Source: Camelus ferus (lineage: Eukaryota). From it: a DNA stretch of 64,000 nt. The DNA lies in contig NC_045696.1 in the NCBI RefSeq assembly GCF_009834535.1, forward strand, positions 14,014,001-14,078,000. Direction: 5' to 3'. Positions 39,915 to 50,140 of this stretch are shown one piece after another. Both the position numbers and the translations under genes were made by a program. The notes under the pieces were generated by a model. That model had not been told where the DNA came from and ran no database searches. It saw only the letters and a program-made list of their open reading frames with translations. Position 1 is the first letter of the stretch. Every line of letters begins with the position of its first letter.

Positions 39915-40378
39915 GTCCTTCTCAAATTATTCCAAAAAATTGCAGAGAAAGAAATGCTTCTGAACTCAACCTACAAAGTCAGCATCACCCTAATATCAAA
40001 ACAAAAAAAAAAATCACAAAAAAAGAAAGTTACAAGTCAGTATCCTTGATGAACAAAGATTCAAAAATCCTCAAGAAATTTTAGTAAACCAAATTCAACA
40101 ATACATTAAGAGTCACACACCACGATCAAGTGATATTTATCCCAGCAATGCAAGGATAGTTCAGTATCCACAAATCAGTCAATGTGATACAGCACATTAA
40201 CAAACTGAAGAATAAAAATCACATGATCATTTCAGTAGATGCAGAAAAGGCATTTGACAAAATTCAGCATCCATTAAGATTAAAATTATCAACAAAGTGC
40301 ATATGTAGAAGACATACCTCAACATAATAAAGGCCATACTATGAAAAGACCCAAGCTAACATTATATTCAGTGATGAG
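39915..40378 (+). mobile_element. L1 ORF2 (RT region) fragment
   Basis: CAGCATCACCCTAATATCAAAA, GATCAAGTG...TTTATCCCAG, GATGCAGAAAAGGCATTTGACAAAATTCAGCATCC. Confidence 0.9.
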
Positions 40379-41318
40379 CTGTTTAAATATTCTGGAAATT
40401 AAGCCCTTGTCAGTTCCTCATTTGCAAATATGTTCTCCCATTCTGTAAGTTATTGTTTTGTTCTGCTTATGGTTTTCTTTGCTATGCAAAAGCCTTTAAG
40501 TTTAATTAAGTCCCATTTATTTATTTTTGCTTTTATTTCTATTGCCTGGATAGACTGCCCTAAAACATTGCTAAGATTTATGTCAGAAAATGTTTTGCCT
40601 ATGTTTTCTTCTAGGAGATTTATAGTGTCTTCTCTTATGTTTAAGTCTTTAAGCTGCTTTAAGTTTATTTTGTGAGAGAGTATACTGACTTCATTGATTT
40701 ACATGCAGCTGCCCAGTTTTCCCAACACAACTTGCTGAAGAGACTGTCTTTTCTCCACCATCTATTCTTGCCTCCTTTTTTGAAGATTAATTGACCACAG
40801 TTCTTTGGGCTTATTTCTGGGGTCTCTATTCTGTTCCATTGATCCATATGTCTGTTTTTATGCCAATACCATGCTGGTTTGATTACTGTAGCTCTGTAGT
40901 ATTGTTTGAAGTCTGGAAGGCTTAGTCATCTAGCTTCACTCTTTTCCTTCAATATTGCTTTGGCAAGTGTGGGTCTTTTGTGATTCCATATAAATTTTAG
41001 GATTTTTTTGTTCCAGTTCTGTGAAAATTGTCCTGGGTAATTTGATAGGGATCACATTAAATCTGTAGATTGCTTTGAGTAGTATGGCCATTTTAACAAT
41101 ATTAATCCTTCCAATGCAAGGGCATAGGATATCTTTCCATTTCTTTAAGCCATCTTTAATTTCTTTAATCAATGTTTGTAGTTCTCCGCATATGTCTTTC
41201 ACCTCCTTGGTCAGACTTATTCCTAAGTATTTTATTTTTGGGGATATGATTTTAAAGGGATTGTTTCTTTACTTTCCTTTTCTGATATTTCATTATCAGT
41301 GTAAAGAAATGCAACTGA
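40379..41318 (-). mobile_element. L1 ORF2 fragment (downstream of RT), opposite orientation
   Basis: Minus ORFs [36 protein letters not shown] and [11 protein letters not shown] are L1 ORF2. Confidence 0.92.
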
Positions 41319-41458
41319 TGAAATAAATTATATTGGTCAATTTTTTAGCTATAAGAAGAAAATGTTTCCGTGGTTGATGATTATATTAGTGCATCACAGC
41401 AAATTTAATGTGATTTCAAAAATTGAAGCTTAAAACACATTTACTATGTCAGAAAGAA

Positions 41459-41464
41459 TTTATT
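41459..41464 (-). terminator. Poly(A) signal AATAAA for the KRTAP at 41718-41879
   Basis: AATAAA about 255 nt past the stop; context shared with 25037-25071 and 49496-49530. Confidence 0.65.
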
Positions 41465-41717
41465 ATTAGTCATCAGATGCTGAAAGACAGTGTGTGATTA
41501 TATAGAAGGGAATACCTGAGAACGCCACTAGTCAAACACCAACACCTAGTTCATCAAATTTTCTTCATATTAATGTCAGAAACCAACTGGTCCAAAGAAC
41601 AGTTTAATTATAAAGACAAATTAAATGAAGCATGCAATTTATGGAATCAAGTTTGCTAAATGAATCAGAGTCTCATAGAAGATTAAACCCACAAATTTCA
41701 GATTTTCAAGTAATTGT

Positions 41718-41879
41718 TCAGTAGAAGCCAGAGGACCAGTATCTTCCACAGTAACATGGCAAGCAGTAGTCATATCCATAGCCTCTGAAGCCACAGCCAT
41801 AGCCCAGTCTGCGGAAGATGCCACATCCCCAGCCATAGCCACAGCCCAGGCCTCGGTAGTAGCTGCCGTAGTAGCTCAT
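41718..41879 (-). CDS. HGT keratin-associated protein, 53 aa, KAP19/KAP20-like (not in the ORF track)
   Basis: Hand translation: [59 protein letters not shown] start; TATAAA at 41949-41954. Confidence 0.9.
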   Translation of the reverse strand: MSYYGSYYRGLGCGYGWGCGIFRRLGYGCGFRGYGYDYCLPCYCGRYWSSGFY

Positions 41880-41948
41880 GGTGTCTCGGGTGGTGAGTTA
41901 TGGCTTGATGTTGTAGGTCAGCTTTGTGACTGGGACTGCACAAGAACG

Positions 41949-41956
41949 TTTATATA
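41949..41956 (-). promoter_or_regulatory. TATA box
   Basis: TATATAAA about 75 nt upstream of the ATG. Confidence 0.7.
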
Positions 41957-42607
41957 TGCTGATGGGTGCAGAAAGCCACCCCTCTAAACGTCACCCAGTA
42001 GAACACATTACTTGAAAGCTATGTCAACTATCTTGTTTCCTAACATCAAACCGTGCCTTCCACTTGTTTATGAAACTCCTTATGTAAAAGTTATAGGACA
42101 TGTTTTATTTCCTGCTTTATTTGAATTCCCAGAAATTATTTCACTGCTAATAAGACACTATTGTGTAGATACTCCCTATATTTGTTTGGGTTTCTGAGTT
42201 TCCAACACCACAAACAAATATCTGTAGCTTCAGGTGTTCTTCAAACTGCATCATGTGAGATTATATTTACCCTCTAATTGTACCCTTTCCTTTGCTATCC
42301 CATGACTGTTGACTCTTTTCTAAGCCATAGATGTTATCTTTCTCCTCCCAAGAATTCAGATAAATTGAATCATCATTTTTCCCTGAAATACTAGCCCTAT
42401 GAAAAATGGCAATCAACAATGACATGTGTCTTAATACAATGTGCTTTTAAAGTCAGCTGAGAGCCACATTTGGTAGTGTAGTTATGCTATTTAATTTTTA
42501 AAAGAGCCACAAACTGAAGTCAAAGGAACTTCTCAAGCATGACGTCTCATGTAGGGTAAGCCTGCTTGGGAGATATCACTGAAAATTGTGTAAAAAGAGT
42601 TCCTCCT

Positions 42608-42647
42608 GAATATAGGTGTGGGTAGCTTCCTACCCACACCTATATTC
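42608..42647. repeat. Perfect 18-bp inverted repeat with 4-nt loop
   Basis: GAATATAGGTGTGGGTAG-CTTC-CTACCCACACCTATATTC. Confidence 0.95.
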
Positions 42648-44904
42648 TTATTGCAGGTACTAAATTCCATATTCATAGGACTATAGAGTTTCAAAATTCA
42701 AAGAGACTTGAGGAACTATTTATTTCAATGTCTTTCATTTTTTTTTAACCAGTGAAAAAACTACAACTCAGACAAACAAAATTATGCAAAAATGATCTTT
42801 AGTGACAGATAAGGGCTAAAACCTAAGTGCTCCAATTCGGCCCTAGTATATTAGGTAAATTTGAAATTTTTGTTGTGATTGCAGGTTAGGGAATTTATTT
42901 TCCCACAGTGTTCAACTGCCTTATATTTTTGTTTATTTCATCGTTGTTCCCACTATTGTTAGAAGGAAATGCAAGTGACATGAAACCAGTCAGTATGTGT
43001 ATTCAGCTACATCTGTTTAAAAAAAAAAAAAAAGCTTAACATAATTGAGTATCAGAAAAAGTATGGGTGATTTTTGCACTTCATGGACACTTACGGTGCT
43101 TGCTTCCGCTATCAGTGAATTAAGAGTATCATGTGCTTAGGTGCTTATTTATTTCCATATCGATGGAGCTTTGCAATCCACACATGGAAGGGAATAATTT
43201 ATAGTAAAGAATTACTTATTTGAATTTGCTTCAGTTGAAAGAATTTTGGTTCCATAAAAATTTAAGGTAAATTTTTAAAAAGACTATTATCTTTTGTTCT
43301 TGTCATAACCCAGATATAGCCAGTTATTTTGCCGTATAGAGGTCATCAATCACAGAGAATCCCATAAGATCTAACCTGGAAATCACCCTATGTTCTGATT
43401 TATTTGACCCCTGAAAGAGAAGCTGACCTTCAGCCCTAAGTTTTGCCTGGACATGAAATGCCAAGTTATCTGCCTACTCGTCTCATTCTCAGCCCTTACT
43501 GCCTCCCACCCAGCACAGAAATGACCAGACTCTCCCCCATCACCCTGCAACTCACACGAGCTCCTGTAGAAAGGCACTCTTTCCAGTCTTTTATTTTTCT
43601 GAAATACTACCACACTTACATCCTAAGATTTTGGGAAATATAACTATGAAGGTTTCCTTTTACTTCTTTATAACTATTCGTTATTTTCCCTTTACTCTGC
43701 TATATATTTTAAAATATATTCACATAAAAGTCAGTCTTACTCTGTGGTTTTGAAACCACAGTGGAAAAAAATCAATCAAACTGCAAGGGGTGAGGGGAAA
43801 ATCCAATTCCCTCAAAATGTCTAATTCAATAGACACCGGACATTCGCCAATTTGTCAAGGTAATAATATACAAGCTTTACGTCCCCCATTGTTGTACCTT
43901 CAATAACTGAAAAAGGAGAGCAAGAACTTGCAAACAGTTTAAACATTGCCATAGAGCATTTACTTTGGTGATCCAGGAAAAGGAAATTTTTGGTAGGTTC
44001 TTGACAGAGAGTACACATGTAAATGACATATTGATTGGAAAGTAATTAGATAGGATACTTGTAGACTTCATATGTAACCTATATTTTTAGAGTAAACTAT
44101 GCTCATAGATAATATTGAATAAGCAGTTAATAATCACAATGTCATGAAATGCAGTACAAATTCAACTTTCCAAATGTCACCTCTTTGGTTACTTTTCTTC
44201 CCTTTACACAATCAGCAGTATTTTTAGAGACTTCTGTATCTATGACTAGATGTAATATTGCAGGGAGTTGTATGTCTTAGCACTGGCTGAAAAAATTGTT
44301 TCCCACGCACATACACACCTTATAATTAAAAGAAAAAGTTGTATTAAGAACATAAGTAACGAAATATATTAGCAAATTATTTATTTTGGATCTACTCTGC
44401 AGAGCTGAGAAATACTCATCTCATAAAACTCTGAGGATTAAACACAACACAAATGTGTTGCCTCCAATCCCAACCGAATACTCAACACTACCCCTAAACC
44501 TACTTACGTCCCCGTGGGTTCCTTCCCCCATGACCATAGTCTTGCCAAACATCTGTCTTTCTTTTAAATCACCTTCTCATTCTCTTTTTCTCTCACTCTG
44601 GCCCAAACTCACTTGATTTCACAGAGCAAACGATCACCATCAGGCAGTTACGCTGGCAACTCCCTAGCTGTTTTCTCTTGGCACATTTACTCGCTTTAAA
44701 ATTTATTTCAAATTCAATATGCGACAAATGTTAAAAAACAAAAAAAAAGTCACCTTCCCGTTCACTCAACATGTGCACATTTTTTTTTCTTCCTTACTGT
44801 TTTCATTTTGGCAAAGAGCTTCAAAAATCGCCAACTATCCAAGCCAAAAACCTGGATTCATACCTGAGTCAAGCTTTTTTTTTTGCTGCCTCCAAGTTCA
44901 AATT

Positions 44905-46050
44905 AATTTTCATTCCTTCATTCAACAAATAATAGAGAACATTTACCTACACATCTTGGAAACAAAGTAGTGAAATGAAAAACAAATCCCACATCCCCAC
45001 AGGGCTAGCACTTCAGTAGGGGGAGAGAGACCATACACAAATACAGACTTAATTTTCTCATTCAACAAACATTTACTGAGCGGCTACTTTGTGTTCAACG
45101 TTTTTGCAGGGAAGGATATTTCATGGTGGTAAACAAAGCAGACAAAAACCCTGTCTTCCTGAAGGTTGCATTCTAATAGGAGAGAAAGGCAAATGGTTAC
45201 GAGACCTTTTGCAGATTCGTGGACCGCAATACCATAGAAATGAATATCGCTTCCACAATACTCTTCAACTTTGTATTAAAAGAGACAGCTTGTGCACAAG
45301 GAAGAAGGCAGGGGGAAAAAAAAAGCCAGATCCTCCAGTAGAAAGGGTGAGTTGCTTTTATAACAAAAAGGAGGATTTGTCTCATGATCACTGATAATTT
45401 CCAGAAATTGTCAAACGTTTTTGATCAGCAGCAGGTGGCTCCACGGTGGCTGTCAGGAAGAGGGAGTGCTTCTGTGAGAGGAAAGAAATGCATGAGAATT
45501 TTCTGCAAGAAAGCACAGGAACAGACAAGCTTAAAATGTAGAGCTGAGCTTCTTGTCTTGTGGCAAATGGGTATTATCATTGTGACAGAGATGAAGCTAA
45601 TCTTTTATTCCTGCAAGCTTGTTTTTCTGTCCCTGGGACTCAGGCCAGCAGGGCATTTGTTCTTTATCCTGCTAGTCCTGTTCCGCCCAAAGCCATTCCC
45701 TGGTCCTTTTCCAAAATGGCTGCACTCTTGTCTTCCTGTCTTAAAATGACCAATCCATTCATCAGTCAATCAAAAGAATATGTTACATAGCATTGTGGTA
45801 ACTGCTATGGACAAAATATAAAGCAGAGATGGGAGATATGCTATGACAAATGGGGGTACTGAAATTGTAGATAGATTGGTAGGGAAGGCCCATCCTAAAT
45901 AAGTGACTTTGAAGCGAAGACTGGGCAGATGAGACCTAGGGAAGGAACATGGTAGGCACATGCAACTGAAGTACAAATGACCTGAAATGGGAGCACAGTC
46001 TGCTCCTTTGAGGGCCAATGTGCCTGATGTGGAATGAACTAGGGAAAGGC
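44905..46050. mobile_element. L2 fragments (interrupted)
   Basis: CATTCATTCAACAAA-type ends at 44910 and 45058 plus L2 motifs at 45790-46050. Confidence 0.6.
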
Positions 46051-46209
46051 GTAAGGTCCTTTAGATCTGCACTTAACAGTTACACTCTTAGCACCACTGT
46101 TTAAGAAATAAATTCACACCAACACCTAAGGAGGTCATAGTATGGGCTTTGTGTTTACTCTGAATCAGACAAGAAGTGGTTGTACAGGGAAATATGAGAA
46201 CATGTCTCC

Positions 46210-46812
46210 TGGTGAGGCAGCGTGTTAAGGTGGCCCCCCAAAACCACCCCCTTCCTGTCATACACCGTCTGTGTTGCTCCAGCATTGTGAATATCATGGG
46301 TTTTACTCTTGTGATTAGGTTATTTCACATGATACAATTAAGAAAGGAAGATCATCTAGGTGGGCCTAAACTAATCATAAGAGCCTGAAAAGAGTAGAGT
46401 TTGTCCTGGCTGATAGCAGAGAGAGAAGCCATAGTCACAGAGCGCGAGGATGCTTTGACCTGTCTGCTGACTTGAAGGCGGAGGGGACAAGTGGCAAGGC
46501 ATGTAAGTGGCCTCTAGTTATTGAAGGGAGCCTCCAGCTGATAGTCGTATAGAAATAGGAACTCGATCCTACAAGCATAGGAACTGGATTCTGTCGACAC
46601 CAGGATGAGCTTGGGAGCAGATTCTTCCCCAGAGTCTCCAGACAAGGACTCAGCCCAGCTGGTGCCCTCATGTCAGCTTTAGGACACCCTGAGCGGAGAA
46701 CCCAGGGACACCTTGCCTGGCTTCTGACCTACAGAAGTGGGAGCTAAGAGATGGGTGCTATTTTAACTTAATAAATTTACAGTGATTTGTTAAGCAGCGA
46801 TAAAAACTAGCA
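46210..46812 (+). mobile_element. MLT1E/F-like MaLR LTR
   Basis: AAGGTGGCCCCC start, GGTGGGCCTAAACTAATCA, TTCTGACCTACAGAA, GATTTGTTAAGCAGCGATAAAAACTA end. Confidence 0.85.
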
Positions 46813-49800
46813 AGTCCCTTAACTTTTCTATTCCAAATGCTCTTGGCACTCAAATTCCTAGAATTAAACCATTAGCAGTCATCCTAAGCTCCATCTTATC
46901 AATTGTGTCGCACGCTTACAATTCAGAAGGGGAATCAGGAAAAACTGAGAAAATAATATCAACTAAATTTGGAATATTATGTATATTTTAAATCTCAAAA
47001 GTAAATATATTAGAGGGTAAGCTTCTAAGGACCTGCCTTATGACTTTTTAGCATGGATACAAAATAAATGCTATTTTAATGTCCCATTCCACCTGGCAAA
47101 CTTCAAAAGAGCACACTGTCCTTTATCCAAAAACAGTTTTCTTCTCTGTACAGATCAGGAAATCAACATTCAGCAATTTAGCTTCTAGTTCTGGTTATGT
47201 CACTTAAAGCAACATTGGACATTATGTTGAAATTTATTGTGAAAGCTAGGATAAAAATGTGTAATTCGAACAGCTGTTGAAAATATTAAGGAAGAAAGCA
47301 TATAGGAAAGTGCTTTGAAAAAATTCAGTATTTTTTAACAAATAAAAATATCCTCAAAAAATGTTTCACTTAAGGAGAATCCACTAATAGCCTAAAGCAA
47401 TGTATTTCTGATTAAAATCTATGACCATCAAAATAGTATCTTTCTGATACAGTTGGTTCTAGAACTTTAATCTACTTCATATTTATAATGGTTACAAAAC
47501 AGGGCACTGGTTCCTCTAAGTTCTCTCTCCTCAATTTCACCACATTTATTTTTGATGACGGCTATCATCTCTGAAGTTGGAAGAGCCTCCCAGGTGCTCT
47601 AACGCCACCTTCCAATTCCTAGTTTCTAAATGAATCTCTACTGAAAATGTTGAATAAGTACTTGCCTGCTAGAGAAACCTGCATCCAGTTATTGGTTATG
47701 AGGAAAAATGCTGGCTAGAGCACTCAGACTGACACAAACACTACACCCCAACACAGCCTAAATCCTCCCTTCTTGCATGTTTCTGCAATGCTAAGCTCAG
47801 GCAGTAACTTTTGGGGGAACGCTCACTGACCACACAGTGCTTGATTAGATGTCCCTCCTATGGGGTCCAGTTGCACCCAATACATAAATCTTTTCTAAAA
47901 TTAACACAGAGAATTGTAATTATATGTGTATTATCTGAATTTCCATCTGTAAGTTCATCAGGAGTCCAGAAAACTTTTTTGTCTTTTTGCCTCTACGGCA
48001 CAATGTGATGATAATTACTCTTGGGTGCATTGTTGAATAAATGCATGATTAAATCTGTCATGGGAGGTATTGACATGGCGTCGCCAAGTACACTAAAACT
48101 GAATAAGCTGAGGCTCTTGTTGACATAATCTACACAGCCTTTTTTCTTAGATGCCTAATACTAGTTCATCTAATATTGTGAAATGTGCTAATGTATAGTC
48201 ACTTTCTAAAGTTCGTGGAAACCTTGGTATTGGTCCCTCGGACTTGTACTGCATCTCATGGTCAAATATTTGTTACCAACACCTGTTCCTATTATTTTGA
48301 GTCAGCAGGTGACAGCATGATGCATTGTCATTATTTTCCCGTAAGCTGAGATACTGCTTTATCGGTTTGTCATGATTATACTACGTTCTTGAAAGAAATA
48401 AAATGTGGCATCTTTTGGAGGGGGGGTTCCCCTCTTTGTTCTTCGTGTACTTCTGTCTTTGATTGGCTTGGTTTACAGAATCCAAAGCTAAGGATGCCAC
48501 GGTCGTAAATTAATATGTAAGTAGGTCAGTGGTTGACCTATTTTGTGGTTATAGCTTGAATACAGCTGTCTTTCAAAAGCTGTCATTCATTCAAAGTCAT
48601 TTTAAAAGAACTTTTTCCCTGAAAACTGAAAAAAAAAAAGTTCTTCAGAGAGACAATAAACTTCCATACAATCTCCATTTTTGCAGGGTTTTATCATTGG
48701 TGAAGCTTGTGAAATAAAAGGTGAAGACCCCATCTGGAGATACAAGCAATAGGTAAGGAGAACAACCAAGGCCAATGCGGACACTTCTGGAAGCCTAGAA
48801 ACAGAAATGATGCTTAAATAACACACACCACAGACTGGAACTTTTGGCCCTTTAAATAGAACCACAAACTGTTACCTAAGTATAATTAGACTGATTATCA
48901 AGGGGCTAAACCTAATCAAGGTAGGACATTTTGAGGGGCAAACATCTACAGTATGACAAACGTCTCTTTGGGCACCCCATATAAGGACTTACTGAGCCAT
49001 ATATCCAAACACAACTTAGAGCCCTGGGCATCTGGAAACAAGGATGGCAATTTTGCTAACCAATTGCTATGTGATTCTGAAGGCTGAGCTCCTTTACTTG
49101 TCATTTAAGATGAGCCAAAAAAGCAGCCACAGTAGAAAAAATCCATTAAGAACACAGCTTCCAACAACACAACAGAGTTGTGTTTTGCCTGGAAACAGCA
49201 CAAGCCAGCAGGACATCTAGCACAACACCAGCAAATGATGCAATCGTGCTGCATAATGATCCCACTGTGAAGATACGGGGGTGGTTAAGAGCGACCGCAG
49301 CTGTACTGATACACTTTTAACCAAGTGTGGAGAGAACTGCTGGACAGTCTACCCTCACAGTTACACAGAATTACAGGTACAACGTTTTCAGGAGCTTTCA
49401 AGAAGCAAGCACACAGCTGCCGACAGACGCAGGCATGAACTCAGGCCCCATGCCTGCATGTACGGACAGCCTATTTATGAAGGACAGACAACTAGGACAC
49501 ATTTAAAATGCCAGACAAAGAAAGTTTAATGTAAAGTAAATTTTCACAGATTTCACATGAACAATTCGGAATGAGATTTCTGCCAAAATATATATCCAAA
49601 AGGAAAATTGTAACCCAGACTGTAATTCCCCCCACCCCTCAAATTAGAATTGCAAGTTCAGATAATTGTTATCAGATCAGTCCCAGTATGCTGAAATCGG
49701 AAGTTCTATCGCAGTAACCTAGGATTGGCTCATCATTTTCTTTAGAGGCACCGATGGAATGAAGTGGCCAGACTGTAGAATCAACAAGAAGGAAGTTCTC

Positions 49801-49834
49801 AGTCATGTGGATGGAAGGCTGAGTGCCGGGTTTC

Positions 49835-50026
49835 TCAGTAGAAGCCAGAGGACAAGTATCTTCCGTAGTAACACGGGCGGTAGCAGCCGTATCTGTAGCC
49901 ACCATAGCCAGCGCCGTAGCCATAGCCCAGACCTCGGAGGCAACCATAGCCACAGCCATAGCCACAGCCCAGACCGCCAAGGCCGTAGCCCAGACCACCG
50001 TAGTAGCTGCCGTAGTAATAGCTCAT
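49835..50026 (-). CDS. HGT keratin-associated protein, 63 aa, KAP20/KAP19-like
   Basis: [67 protein letters not shown] 84 nt upstream; ATTAAA at 49525-49530. ORF-track start at 50227 is upstream of the TATA. Confidence 0.95.
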   Translation of the reverse strand: MSYYYGSYYGGLGYGLGGLGCGYGCGYGCLRGLGYGYGAGYGGYRYGCYRPCYYGRYLSSGFY

Positions 50027-50103
50027 TGTGTCAAGAGTTGAAGATTTAGGTGAGAGCAGAGCTTCTGTTTGCAGAATATGAACTTCTCTGCTTCCACGGG
50101 GGC

Positions 50104-50140
50104 TTTTATACACCCTCTGCAGAAGGTGTGACAAACCACA
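50104..50140 (-). promoter_or_regulatory. TATA box and RUNX-like/CACACC module
   Basis: TATAAAA 50104-50110; TGTGGTTTGTCACACC 50125-50140. Confidence 0.7.

Noticed and set aside
43270..43346. Faint KRTAP-like codons on minus (YG.., LGYD, GRYWS-like)
   Set aside because: Too short and degenerate; no matching 5' UTR or TATA
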